Positions 38,301 to 50,900 of a stretch of 64,000 nucleotides of DNA are shown here, piece by piece (the stretch's first letter is position 1; every line of letters starts with the position of its first letter). Source of the stretch: Octopus sinensis (Eukaryota); assembly GCF_006345805.1 (NCBI RefSeq), contig NC_042998.1, positions 153,512,001 through 153,576,000 on the forward strand. Direction: 5' to 3'. The position numbers and the translations under genes were made by a program. Below the pieces are notes generated by a model. The model saw only the letters and a program-made list of their open reading frames with translations. It made no database searches and was not told the origin of the DNA.

Positions 38301-41300
38301 ACTGTAAACTCACATCTGCAATAGTGTATGAAATTAGAATTCACACCCAGCTCAGTTTTGTAGAAAGGGTATCACGACGTGAACACATGAGTTGGGAGTT
38401 TGACTGACAGAGGTTATATGGTGACACATGCCAGTCCTTTCGACACCACCTAAACAATGGAACAGTGTATAAAATGTAATTAACAACTCATTCACTTTAT
38501 GAATGTCTTATGTTGGTGAAGAAACAATAATTTGACAAAACCGTTCAATGGAGACGTAGAAGGAATCGGAAAATGAGGAATAAAGAGACGAATGAGTTGG
38601 ATCAAATGTTTGCAAACATCTTAACCCAATCTTCTTTATGAACCATGTTCTTTTTAATATCTTTATTTTCAAGAATGAAGAGATAATCAAGATGTGCAGA
38701 AGAAACGACAATCATACAGTGGAAGAAAGAGTAACAGATGCTATCAAACGACGTTATAGAGAGAATGTGAAAGGAAGGGAGGAAGAAAAGGTCATATATG
38801 AAAGAGAGAAGACTTGTCAAAGTGTGCGTTTTTTGCCCTAGTAACCACACCTTTTAAGATAGGGATTTCTAACCTAGCCCACTCGCATCCTCACCTCATT
38901 TTACATGTCCCTGTAAATTTTGGAAGAAAGAGTAACAGAGAGACGGCGAAGCTTCAAACGTAATTATAGAAAGAAAGTAGAGGGAAGGGGGAAAAGAGAG
39001 AGATCGAGGAAGAAAAGGTCATATATGAAAGAGAGGATTGAAAAATAAAATATTTTGAAACCTAAAGATGATTTGGTTTACAATGAGAAAACGAATGAAA
39101 TAGTTAAGAAGTAAATATTTCAAAACTGGAAAATTTTTCAAATTTACTGACAAACTTTTGTTAATGACGGTTGCCTTGAGCATACAAATAAATTCTTTAA
39201 AGTCTTTTATCCACGCAAAATAATAACATATCTTCTGATAAATAATATGTTATAATTGTGCGGTGGTGGTGGGAGATAATAATTCACCTTTCTGAAAGAC
39301 CTGTGGTGGGAATATTTAAACTTTTGCGGCTGTCATGTTTCGTCTTTATAGATACAAACAGAAATACATTGAGCGACGTGTTGGAGAAGAAAGAGAGATG
39401 GCGGAGGTGTCAAACATCGTTATAGAGAGAGAATGTGTAGGGAAGGGGGAAAAGAGAGAGATCGAGGAAGACAAGGTGATATATGAAAAGAGAGGACTGA
39501 AAAATGAAATATTTTGAAACCTAAAGATGATTTGTTTTAAGAGAAAGATTCTCATGATTGTGTTTTGGTGGTGGTAGCGATGATAATTCTCTTTATGAAT
39601 GCAGACAGACGTAGACAGAGAGAGAGTGACAGTGCTTGCGAAGGCGGTGGAGGAAAGATAGTAGACGCTATCAAACGACGTTATAGAGAGAAATTGAAAG
39701 GAAGGAAGGAAGGAAAGAGAGAGAGAGAGAGATGGAGGAAGACAGGCAGATAATAAAATGTGATGGCGGCGGGGGAAAGATAATAGATGCTGTGAAATGA
39801 CGTTATAGAGAGAAGGTGAAAGGAAGGGAGGAAAGAGAGAGTGAGAGATGGAGAAAGACAGATGCATAAAAGAATGAGAGTAGACTTATCAAAGTGTGCG
39901 TTTTTGGCCCTAGCAACGACACCTTTTAAGATGGGGATTTCTAACCCAGCCCACTCGCATCCTCACCTCATTTTACATGTCCCTGTAAATTTCAGAGTCA
40001 ATCCGACAGGATCAAGTGCCCTTTAACCTGTTCTCAATGCCAAAACCAAACAAACAAACTTTTTGCATTTCAGAATTATAATATAAAAAAGAGATATAAG
40101 TCACGTTTTTCTAAAGTATCAATGTGAATATATAGATATAAATATAATGAAGGTATATGTAAGTCTATGTATGTATGTGTATATATATGTATGTTTAGGG
40201 ATATATATCAGTATATTTGTATATTTATTTGTTCATCTACGTGAAGGGGTATATATCTAATTTTGAAAATGCGTATCTGGTGCAGTGGGAACATCTTGGA
40301 ATTTTCTCCACATGCTTGTTTACCAGGTTGTCATTACTTAGCAGGATGCACAATGCTTCCTCGAGGCAAAGGTCGCATATGCCAGATACGTGTGCATTTT
40401 TCATTATTGACCATTCCATTTGGTATTTAATTTTTCTTTCCTTCAATTTCCATATTAGATCTGCTGGTGAAGTTGCGTGTCATCTCTTTACCTTTTGAAA
40501 TGATGAGATATGGTTTCGGTACTGAACATTAAATTAGTTTTCTGAGGCACCTATGTATGCATATTTTTGTTGTGGTGCAGTGATTGTGCTTTTATATATT
40601 ATGTTTTTTTTTTGGACACATTGGTTCATGAGCGGCCATGAGGATTTCTTGCAGCAGGTACAGTTATTTGTACTATTATTATTTTCGTATTTGTCTTTTA
40701 ACTTTTTGTTTTTGCAGTGTTCTGTTTGATTGTTAGTGTCTGAAGCATTCTTGGTGTTGTATTCGTCTTTTGTTGATTCTTTCTTTTGAAGTAACGAGAA
40801 TTTGGTAAATAAGCATGTGGAGAAAATTCCAAGATGTTCCCGCCATGCCGAATATGAATTTTCAAGATTAAACACTGTGAAATAATAATAATTCAGGGAG
40901 TTTTTTTTCCCTCCTCTCTTTTCCATCCCACCTAAGTGTCTGTTCATAGTGGTCCAGCTCTCTATAAAAATATGTATTTTTACATAATCTCATGACCCAT
41001 CACTGACAAATAATATTACGAGTAATAACTAATAATAATTCGGTAAGTTCCCAGCGCACGTGTGTGCACATATGTATGCAAGTAGGAGACTGTGGGTGTA
41101 TATATATTAATATATAAGTACACATATATTTATCAGCATGAATGTACCTACGCTTATGTATACACATGTGTATGTAGCAGTGTTGCCAACTCAAAATCAG
41201 AATTTATGCTAAATTTCAGTAGAAAAGTAACAAAAATAAAATGCTAAAAAATGCTAAATATGACAAAAAAATGCAAAAGACTAATTATATCAAAAAGCTT

Positions 41301-44300
41301 AATTTTTATTTACATTTTATTTACTTTCTCTAATTATAGTCAGCATTGAGAAATAATTTCTTGAATTTCACTGATTTGATCACTTTCAGCTGCTGTGCCT
41401 AGGTCTTGACTTCTGTATACATTCAAGGTTCCAATCTTGTTAATTATGTGTTTTGGAATATCGAAGTTTTTGCAACATTTACCATATCTTTTCAGGCCAT
41501 ATTTTATAGACATTATTGATGCATAGGAAGATGCATTTTGTTTTTCAATTTTGATTTGATTACACCCATACTACTGAACAACTGTTCAACTTCTGCATTT
41601 GAGTTTGGTAATGTCAATAGATTAATGGCAAAATTTGCAAAATCTCCAAAAGGATTTCCTCCAGTAGCATCTTTATATTCCAAGACTTCCAAGCCAGAAT
41701 GCTTCAGTATTAGATGTATTTGTCCAGTTAACTAAATGAATGCTATTAAACTGAATTTCAATTGAAGCAATTTTTTCATTTAAATGTATTGCTCTTTGAA
41801 ATGCTGCAAAATATTCTCTACTGTAAAACATTTGATATTCCTCAGTGTATTAATATTTCCTGACAAATGATGCTTGAGCTCTTTATAAAGGCAGAGGAAA
41901 AATTGTTGTGCTCTTTTGCGATATTATTTTCTTCGGTGGCTGTTACAGTCTTCTTGATAATCATTTCTGCTATCTTTCTCTTGAACCTGCAGTTTAAATT
42001 TGGTTTAGGATCCAGAAATTTTTCAATAGAAGCATCCAGATCAAGAGGATCAATTCTACATGTTGGCAACACTATCATATTAGCAACAAATTTGATCAAA
42101 TTTGAAAGATCTTCAAGTAATCTTGTTTTGTCGACAGTGTTTGATTCAGTTTATTCACTTCCTGAACATGTTTTAAAATTGGATGCAAAAATAAAAGGTA
42201 AAGTTCATTCCTAGAATCACAAAACATTTCATGTAATATTTGTGCTGTAAAGCATTTTTCCTTTGTAGTTGTAGTTTGGAAGTGAGTTTGCAATTCAAAC
42301 CATTGGCTTAAAATTCTATCTACCACTGGTTCTGTTGACAGCCACCTAGTTGTGCAAGAATTCACAATCTTCAAAGGCTCTTTATCACTGATAGCAAGGT
42401 GAAAGTTGTTTGTAGGCATTTTGTCTTGTTGAAGAATGAGAGGACCATTTATAGGTTTCAGATACTAAAAATTCTAAATTTATGAGCAAGCATTCAGCAC
42501 AGTGTAGGATACTGCTAACTGTAAAGAATGAAGTAATAATAATGAAGTAATAATAATGAAGTAATAAATAGAAGTAATAATGGAACTTCTTTTAATTTCT
42601 GGAAGACGCCATTATTGACTCCTATCATTACTCTAGCATTGTCAATTCCTATAGATAGTAAATTTTTTATAATTAATTTCTTTTTCACTAATTCAGCTTT
42701 AAGGCATCTACAATGCCATTTATATCACATGATTCTAAAGATACCATACTGAGAAAGTGTATGTGGCACTTTTTTGTGAGTGCCACTGTAATCTGTATAT
42801 ATATAAGGCAGGATGTGTGTGTACGTGAATATAGTTTATGCACACCCACAAATTAGCACACATGTTGCTCAAATTTTAGGAAGACATTCGTCACGACCCT
42901 AGCTGTATTTTCGTCAAATTATTTTCCCTGAGGCACCCGCGAATAGCAGTAAATAATTTTGAGCCATAACTTCTAACAATTTTCAGGCGGAGAAATCCAC
43001 CATTGTTTACAAACCAAACATGAGTTAAGTCCCCTTCTAGCAACAGTGTAAAGAGAGGAAGGGAGAGGGAGAGAGAGATAACAGATTTTTAAAATTTCGT
43101 CTTTTTAGGGGTTGTTATGTATGTATGTATGTATGTGTGAATGGCTTCAGTCACACACACACACACGAGCATGTATGTGTACAAAACACATGTATGCAAT
43201 GTGTGTGTGTATGTGTGTGTTGCCCGTATATATATATATATATATACACACAATATAAACGATATTCTCCGTTTCTCCACAACTAATTTCCAAATTAGCT
43301 GAATCCATTGCTCTACTCATAGTGATATATAGCTGGTCGTGCGTGAACATGGGAGGGAGCAGAGGTTACCAGAGCAAAAGACCTACGTGTTGACTGTAGA
43401 CACGCTCCTTCGCAAATGATCAGCTATTATTTTGTAAACAATGTTTCGAAACTGTTCATGTTTTCGAAAGGAGAGATCTGACTTTCACATCTCTGCAGGA
43501 GAAGATAGGCTTCTCTATTCCTGTTACAAAACTTACATCCGGGTGCCAAATTTGCTTGGGTAAGAGGTGGTGGTGAGACAGTGGCAGAGGCAAAGGCGTG
43601 CAAACACATGTATGCAATAGGTGTATGTACATATATGTTTGTGTGTGTGTGTGTTGCCCATATATATATATATACTTAGTTGTGATCTGAACATAACCGC
43701 TTCTCACACAGGATCAAGGGCCCTTTTGGGTGTTCTATTTTCCTTGCTGGAAGGGTTCTCAACCCATGGTCAAAGTGGGGTTACATGATGGGGGTGGTGT
43801 TTTCAAAAGGGTTGGCATATGCAAGCTGATCACCTGTGCCAATCAAACACCCAACCCATGCGCTTCCATCGTGATACTGATTCTGTAGAACTGGGTTGGG
43901 TATGAAAACCAACTTTAAAGTATAAATAAAGATGTTTTTGAATCAGCAATGTTCGGTTAAGTCCTATTTGGGGTGAAAAATCAATAAACTGATTCCTTAT
44001 GGGATTTTCCATTTAATCAGGATAAAAAGAAATCGATAAACTGATTCCTTATAGGACTTCCCACTAAAATTGGTTACACCCCATTTTCAACCATAACGTC
44101 TACCAATTTTGATGTATTTTGTTCAAACTTGATGCCAGCATTACTTAGGACTCATGGGGTCTTTGAATGCTTTGAGTTCTCCAAAAATGAAAAAAAAAAA
44201 CAATCGATGAGTGGAAAAAATCAATAAACCTATTCCTTATGGGATTTTCCAATCAAATTGTCTGCAAAATTTCTGCCAAAAGTTTACCAATTTCAACGGA

Positions 44301-44942
44301 TTTCCCTCAAATTTGACATCGATGTTACTAAGTTTGCTTTGAAATAAAGAGCTTGATTGGCTTAATAATCCTAACTTAATCCCGAGCAAAGATGGGCTAT
44401 ACTGCTAGTTTATAACAATTCCTAACAACTTGTTTATCGATATATCATTGGATTCACCTAATAACAGTCTAAATTTTCTATCTCCTATATCAGAAATCAA
44501 ATCTCCATCAAAATATGGAGCTAGAACATTTCTCACAATATTTGCACATTTTATATGATGCAACTTCACTTTGGATATAATATCACTGTCAGACATTTTA
44601 GGATGTTGGGGCTCACAGAGGAAATGACAACAATGGACCAAGATGTTTGTCAATATGAGGTTCCAGAGAAGACCCACCCATGTCAGCAAAACTGAATATG
44701 TGAAACATTGTATCCCATCCACATGTAACAACAAACTTTTCACAAGAAACTGAACTACATCTCCTCTTCTAAACTGCATCTTTCTCTTCCTCACATTTCC
44801 TCTTCATAAACTATGATTGTCTTCCAAACCTCTTTCCTGCCCTTACTGCATTGCTACTCCCCCCCATTTTTCTACCCAGACTTTTTCCAGTTACTACAAT
44901 CCCCACTCCCTGCTTACACCTTCTTGGCAACACCTAACGGTG

Positions 44943-44973
<31 letters not shown>

Positions 44974-47900
44974 ACTGGGTAACTATGTGTCTCCTCTATA
45001 ACTAACCACCTATTTCTGCCTCTCTAACCTTTCATCATCTGATACTGGATCACTTCGTCCAATGCCCCCTGTTTCTGCTGCAGCTGCCTCTTTGTTACAC
45101 TCTAACCTTTCATCCCCTGACACAAGTACCCTACCTCAAATGCCTCTGCCCCTCTCATAATTCCTTGTCTTGTGAGTTACTTGGTTACGCTACAGTACTG
45201 GTGCCATGTAAAAGGTATCCAGTCCACACTGTAAAGTGGTTAGCATTTGGAAGGGCATCCAGCTGTAAAAATCATGCCAAAACTAACCTCACCTATGCTA
45301 GTGCCTTATAAAAAGCACTAAATCCACTCTGTGGAGTAGTTGGTATTAGGAAGGGCATCCAACCATAAAAACCCTGTCAAAACAGACACAGTAGCCTAGG
45401 GTAGTTTTTCTACCTGGCTAGCTCCTGTCAACCATCCTTCCCATGCATGCATGGAAGATGGATGTTGACCCGTTCACTCTGACTTTTGTACAATCAGTTT
45501 TTATTTTATTTTTTCACATTTTCCACTTCTTTAAACCTTCATTATATGCCATAATTAGAATTTTATTTTATTTTTTTTATCACTACATATGATTTTTGAA
45601 TGTGGGACAAAAATGTCTCAATAGTATTCTAACAAACAAATACTTGGGACTATCCTATCCCGACAGTATTTCACATGCATGTTAGCAAGTTCGGAAAATT
45701 ACGGAAATAAAAAGGAAATAAATCCTACAGTTTATTTCAAACACAAAATGAAGCTATAATTGCTTTCTCATATATTTATTATAAATTATTATTATTTTTT
45801 CAAATAACACTTATAAAATAATATATATAATGACCCCTTCCAAATAATACTTATGAAATTGACCGATACCTTGGTTATAAAATACGAATCTCAGAGGATG
45901 AAAAATTTCAAATAAGAGAGTTTAACCTTTCAGCTTGTTACTTATCTTTCATTGTATTTCTGCGTGTATCATCATCATAAACCCTTATTATTATTTTCTC
46001 TCTATTCTGTCTTATTCAGCACCATGCCATCATGTAAATATAGTTCTATAGTTTCGTCTTACTGTTAATGTCTTTTCATCTTACTTGTGGATGTCTGAGA
46101 TAACCTTAGCTCACGTATTTCTTTAATTTGCAACATATTCTTTCACTCTTCTATGAAAGTTTATCACACGATCACAGTCATTCATCTCTAATCTTGTCTT
46201 TCTCCAAATCCCGGAACCATTCCTCCCGCGTGTTGTGACCCCCCTCCCACTGGCTCGCTATGTGCCTATCTATCTATCAGCCTTCACTCTGTCTCTTTTA
46301 ATTCCTAACGCATGGTTGCTAGTTCGCGGTTCACCCACCCTCCACCTGTACCGGAAGTCCCTCCCACCCCTCCACCTGTGCCAGAGGTCCCTATTTTGTC
46401 TTCCTTTGCTTATCTCCCATGAACACCTCTAAAGGCCTTACGCCAACCCCACCCCTACTATATAAGGTAGTGATTATACAATGCAAAACATAATAGTGTA
46501 GTGTACGCAGGTTGAACTTAAGACTATTGTTTGCTTATGAATTCTGCCAAATGCGAGCTCTCTTTTCAGGTACATGACGCCACTGCTCCCCATCCCAGGG
46601 TCCCTAGGGCCCATTCCTCCCACACTCTCAGGGTTGGCTCTCTCAACGTCAGCAAACTGAAAGGTAGGTCTGGTGAGATTGTTGAGATGCTTGAACGGAG
46701 ATGTGTCGATATGTGCTGCATATTTTGTGGAAAATTTGACCTTCTTGCCTTCATCAAATGTTCTGCTTCATTTACCAAGAAATTTATAAATGGTGGTTTC
46801 ATATGATGAATTTCAGAGTGAATAACATAGCTGTTATATACAGCTGTCATCAGAAACCTGAAGAACACTTTAGTCCATCATTTTCTGCTTTTTTGATCCA
46901 GTTCATGCAATGTTACCATTTGATCAAAGTGATCTACTCCAGTCATATATCTCTATATATATAAAACTGAGAATGTGTGTCTGTCTGTCTGTGTGTTTCC
47001 CTAAAACTTGAGAGCTACACAACCAATTTCATTCAAATTTTACACATGCCTTACTTGGGGTCCGGGGAGTGTTATCGGCAAATTTTTAACATTTTGCCTA
47101 GGGCGAGCCCACAGCAATATCATATCTTCTCCACTACAATTCCCTAAAACTTGAGAACTACACAACCAATTTCATTCACATTTTACACATGCCTTACTTA
47201 GGGTCCATGTAGTTTCATGGGCAAAAAAAAAATGTTCAACTTCTTGCCTAGAGCGAGCCCATAGCAATATCATATCTTCTCCACTATTTCAGTATTACGT
47301 GTTAAAAGTGAAACAAAAACATTTCTCTATTTTATGTCAGATACTTTCACTTTAACAATAAAAATAATAATAACAATTGAATTATATGTAGTAAGTAATA
47401 ATTAAAATCAAACTAAAGTATAATATAATCGTAACATAACAAAAGTAAAAATAGCAATTGGTATAAAATTGCATCAATGACTTGAACTTGAATAAGTGGT
47501 TTCACATGAATGGGAATAAATTAAAAATAAAATTAGCATGCAGAAATGGAATAGTCCAGATGGATAATAAAAAAATTAAATTAAAGAAAAGACTATTGTC
47601 TATAAAGTATACAAAAGTATACAATGTAGAGAAAAAAGATTTGAACACCTGGAGGAAAGTACCATTGAAAAGTGTCTTGGTGCGACTATGAAAGATATCT
47701 AACCAGAGGCGGTAAATTCGACACAATAGGAGCAAAGTTCAAGTCGATGGAGCGTGCATGGGAGTACTCGACTCGAACTTGCAAAGTGGAAATATTTTAT
47801 TTTTACCTTTATAAATTAAAAATGTCCCCCCAGAAGTAGAGGTAGGCTGGATTGTAGCCACACTTCTATACAAGAGGGAGGACAAGATACAATTGATCGA

Positions 47901-50900
47901 AATTGCAAGAGACGGGCCTACAATTCCAGTCTGTTACATATTTTGAGTACTGTTATCACTAGCGATATCAAGATATAACTTTGTATTTTGTATTATATGT
48001 GTAGATGTATATATATAGATGTACGTGTAATATGTACACATATATACATGCACTATGACCTGGCAACGACGGGTCATAATGCTAGTTTGTTATAAAAGAT
48101 AATCGCTTCTGGACAAGTGAACTCTTTCTTTTTTCATCCTACTCCTTACGCTGTAACCCTGATTTGTGCCATCCCAAACCATTTTAAATGAAGAAAATTC
48201 ACTTTAGTATTAAAAAATCTTTTCTCGGGATTCATGTGTCCCATTAGGAGTGAAGGTGTTAAATGATGTTGATGATGATACCATCAAGGCTTATAGTTTA
48301 ATGTACTTTCTCCTTTATTTTCCTTTAGAAAAACTTATACCACATGCATAGCTATTTTCTAATTATTTGGTTTTATTTTAGGATTTTTCAATGTGTTTTT
48401 GTTTATTAATAACTTATTCCTGAATATTTAATTTCTTATCAATCTGATTTTCAGACGAGATTTCTATAAAATACTTGGTGTTTCAAAATCTGCATCACTA
48501 AATGACATAAAGAAGGCTTATAGAAAGAAGGCTAAAGAGATGCATCCTGACAAGAATCCAGATAATCCCAAAGCTGCAGATCAATTTCAGGATTTGGGTG
48601 CTGCATATGAGGTATAATATTTATTGATGTAACTTTAATCTAAAACGTTTATAATAATAAACAAAGTTAACCAAAATAAAAACTGGTCTGCATGATAATC
48701 AAAATGCTTCTGATTTTCTTTCCTTTATTCTTTTTCAAATATATTTCTTTTGTGTGTAACACAATTTAAGGTACAAAAATTTTAAGGTATAAACCACTAG
48801 TCAAAATTTAATCATCAGCTTTTATTTTGCCTGATGAAAAAAACGATATATTGAAAATTATAAAAATATACATATTCTTCACAAATCCATACTTTATTTT
48901 CTGAATAATATTTATTTACTTGTAGTTTGTCTCATTAGACACTCCTCGTTTCATCCTTTGTCTTACAATCCTTTCCATTACCTGTTTGTTTTGATAGGAT
49001 TATTTCAGTGTCATAATTCTCATGTTTTCATTCTCCTTAGTTGTATTTCATCATCATTTTATGTTCAAGTTCCATGCTGGTATGGGGTGGATGAGTTGAC
49101 ATTTCCAAGGATAGCATCATGCTCCAATGTCTGCTTTGGCATATTTTCTACAACTAGATACCCTTGCTAATGCCAGCCACTTTACAGTGTCATGGGTACT
49201 TCTTTCATGCTACCAGCACTCTTGAGATCATCATGCTGCTTGCATGACTACAAACCCTGAGAAAAGTGGGGAGTCAACTTTATGCTGGTGATTGAGGAGA
49301 TACAGTATGATAGAGGGACATAGCAGATTCTTGTAGTAAAGCCACATGGTTACACACATTTAGTTTAAGAGGGTGAGAATTATCAGTAGGAATTGTGAAG
49401 AGATAGTTATTAGATATGAGGTGTCCTGGTGGCCCTCTCAAGGCCCTGGGTGGGTAGAAGATGATGGGTGTGAGGGGGTTGGAAACTTTTATGGGGAGCA
49501 GCAGATGAAGGGATGGTAGGACAGCCTGCAACTGCAAAAAAGTTGGGTAGATTTGAAGAGTGATGACCAATGAATCATGAGTTGGAGAGGGATAGGGGGG
49601 ATGGGTGAAGGGACAGTGGAAGGATAGTAATGTTGCAGTCAACAGGGGGAGGATATAACAAGTTTAGGTCATCTGCAGGAATAGAAGAGGTAGGCATAGG
49701 GCATATGAGAGATAATTTTGGTTTGTTGAGAGTGGATGTGCAAGTGAATCAATGTAATGTGAATGGAGAGCAAAATATACACAGCACTTCCAGAACTCAG
49801 CTTTGCTGGGGTGGACAGGTCTTCTCAAGAACCTCATATCACCAGATGTCCCATTCCTTTGTCATCTTGAGATCTGCCCTTACCACTTCAACCCTTGTCT
49901 TACTGGGTTTCCCTGTTCCACAAGTTTGATCATCTTTAAGGGATTGGCACTTCTTTATTCAGCTGTCCTCATCAATATGCATCCTGTGACCAAACAATCA
50001 CAGTTTTCTCTTTGGCATGTTACATCTGTTTCTTCTTATAACTAACTTTTCTCTCAACATATTTGCATTTTGTCATACACGGACACTGATATTGTACATT
50101 CATTGGAGAATACTAGTGTCATTCTTCTCTAATCTTCACATATCCCCTGCATTCAGGGCCCACATCTCACTACAATGTAGCATAGCTGTTCATACACAAG
50201 CATCACACAATCTGCCTTTCATTTTGAGAGAGAGAGACCTTTTATTGCCAACAGCAAAAATTTTTCTGTCCTCTAGCAACTACACTTTTAGAACACCCAG
50301 ATCTTTCCTGTTGCTATCACAGTTTTTGAAATTTTAAAATTAAGCGAACATTTTCAAATTTGATATATAGATGTAATTTCTCATGCTGAATCTGATTTTG
50401 TTCTTCACTTGTTCCAGAAAAATTTTAGAAAAATATATACAGAGGTTTAACCCTTCAGTATTTAATCTAACCAGTTATATATTAAAACTGATCAGATACA
50501 GCCTCCCACACCTACCTTACAATGTCATTCTAAACATGCAAACACAACAGTGAAATCTTGAAGCTACAAAATAATGTGTGATTAATTCAAACAATGTAAA
50601 TAAATAAGCAAAGAAATATGAATGCTAAATGGTTAAAGTTTGATAATTTTTACCCAATTAGAAATCTCCTCTCCTCATTTATTCCAAAGAGGGCCAGGGT
50701 CATTTCATGTGCAGAGAAGATGATGGCCTGTCTTCAGAAGGACCACACCATCAATGGAGAGTACTATGCCAACTTACTGAGGCAGTTATGAAAGGCTATC
50801 AAGACTAAATACCCAGAAAAGCTAACGAAAGGGGTCCTGTTTCACACAAGTCCTTCATTTCAATGGCTGCTGTCCATGACTGTGACTTTGAACTGTTTGA

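Noticed and set aside
48825-48866. CTGATGA...GAAA hammerhead-like motif
   Set aside because: Neither stem I nor stem II pairs.
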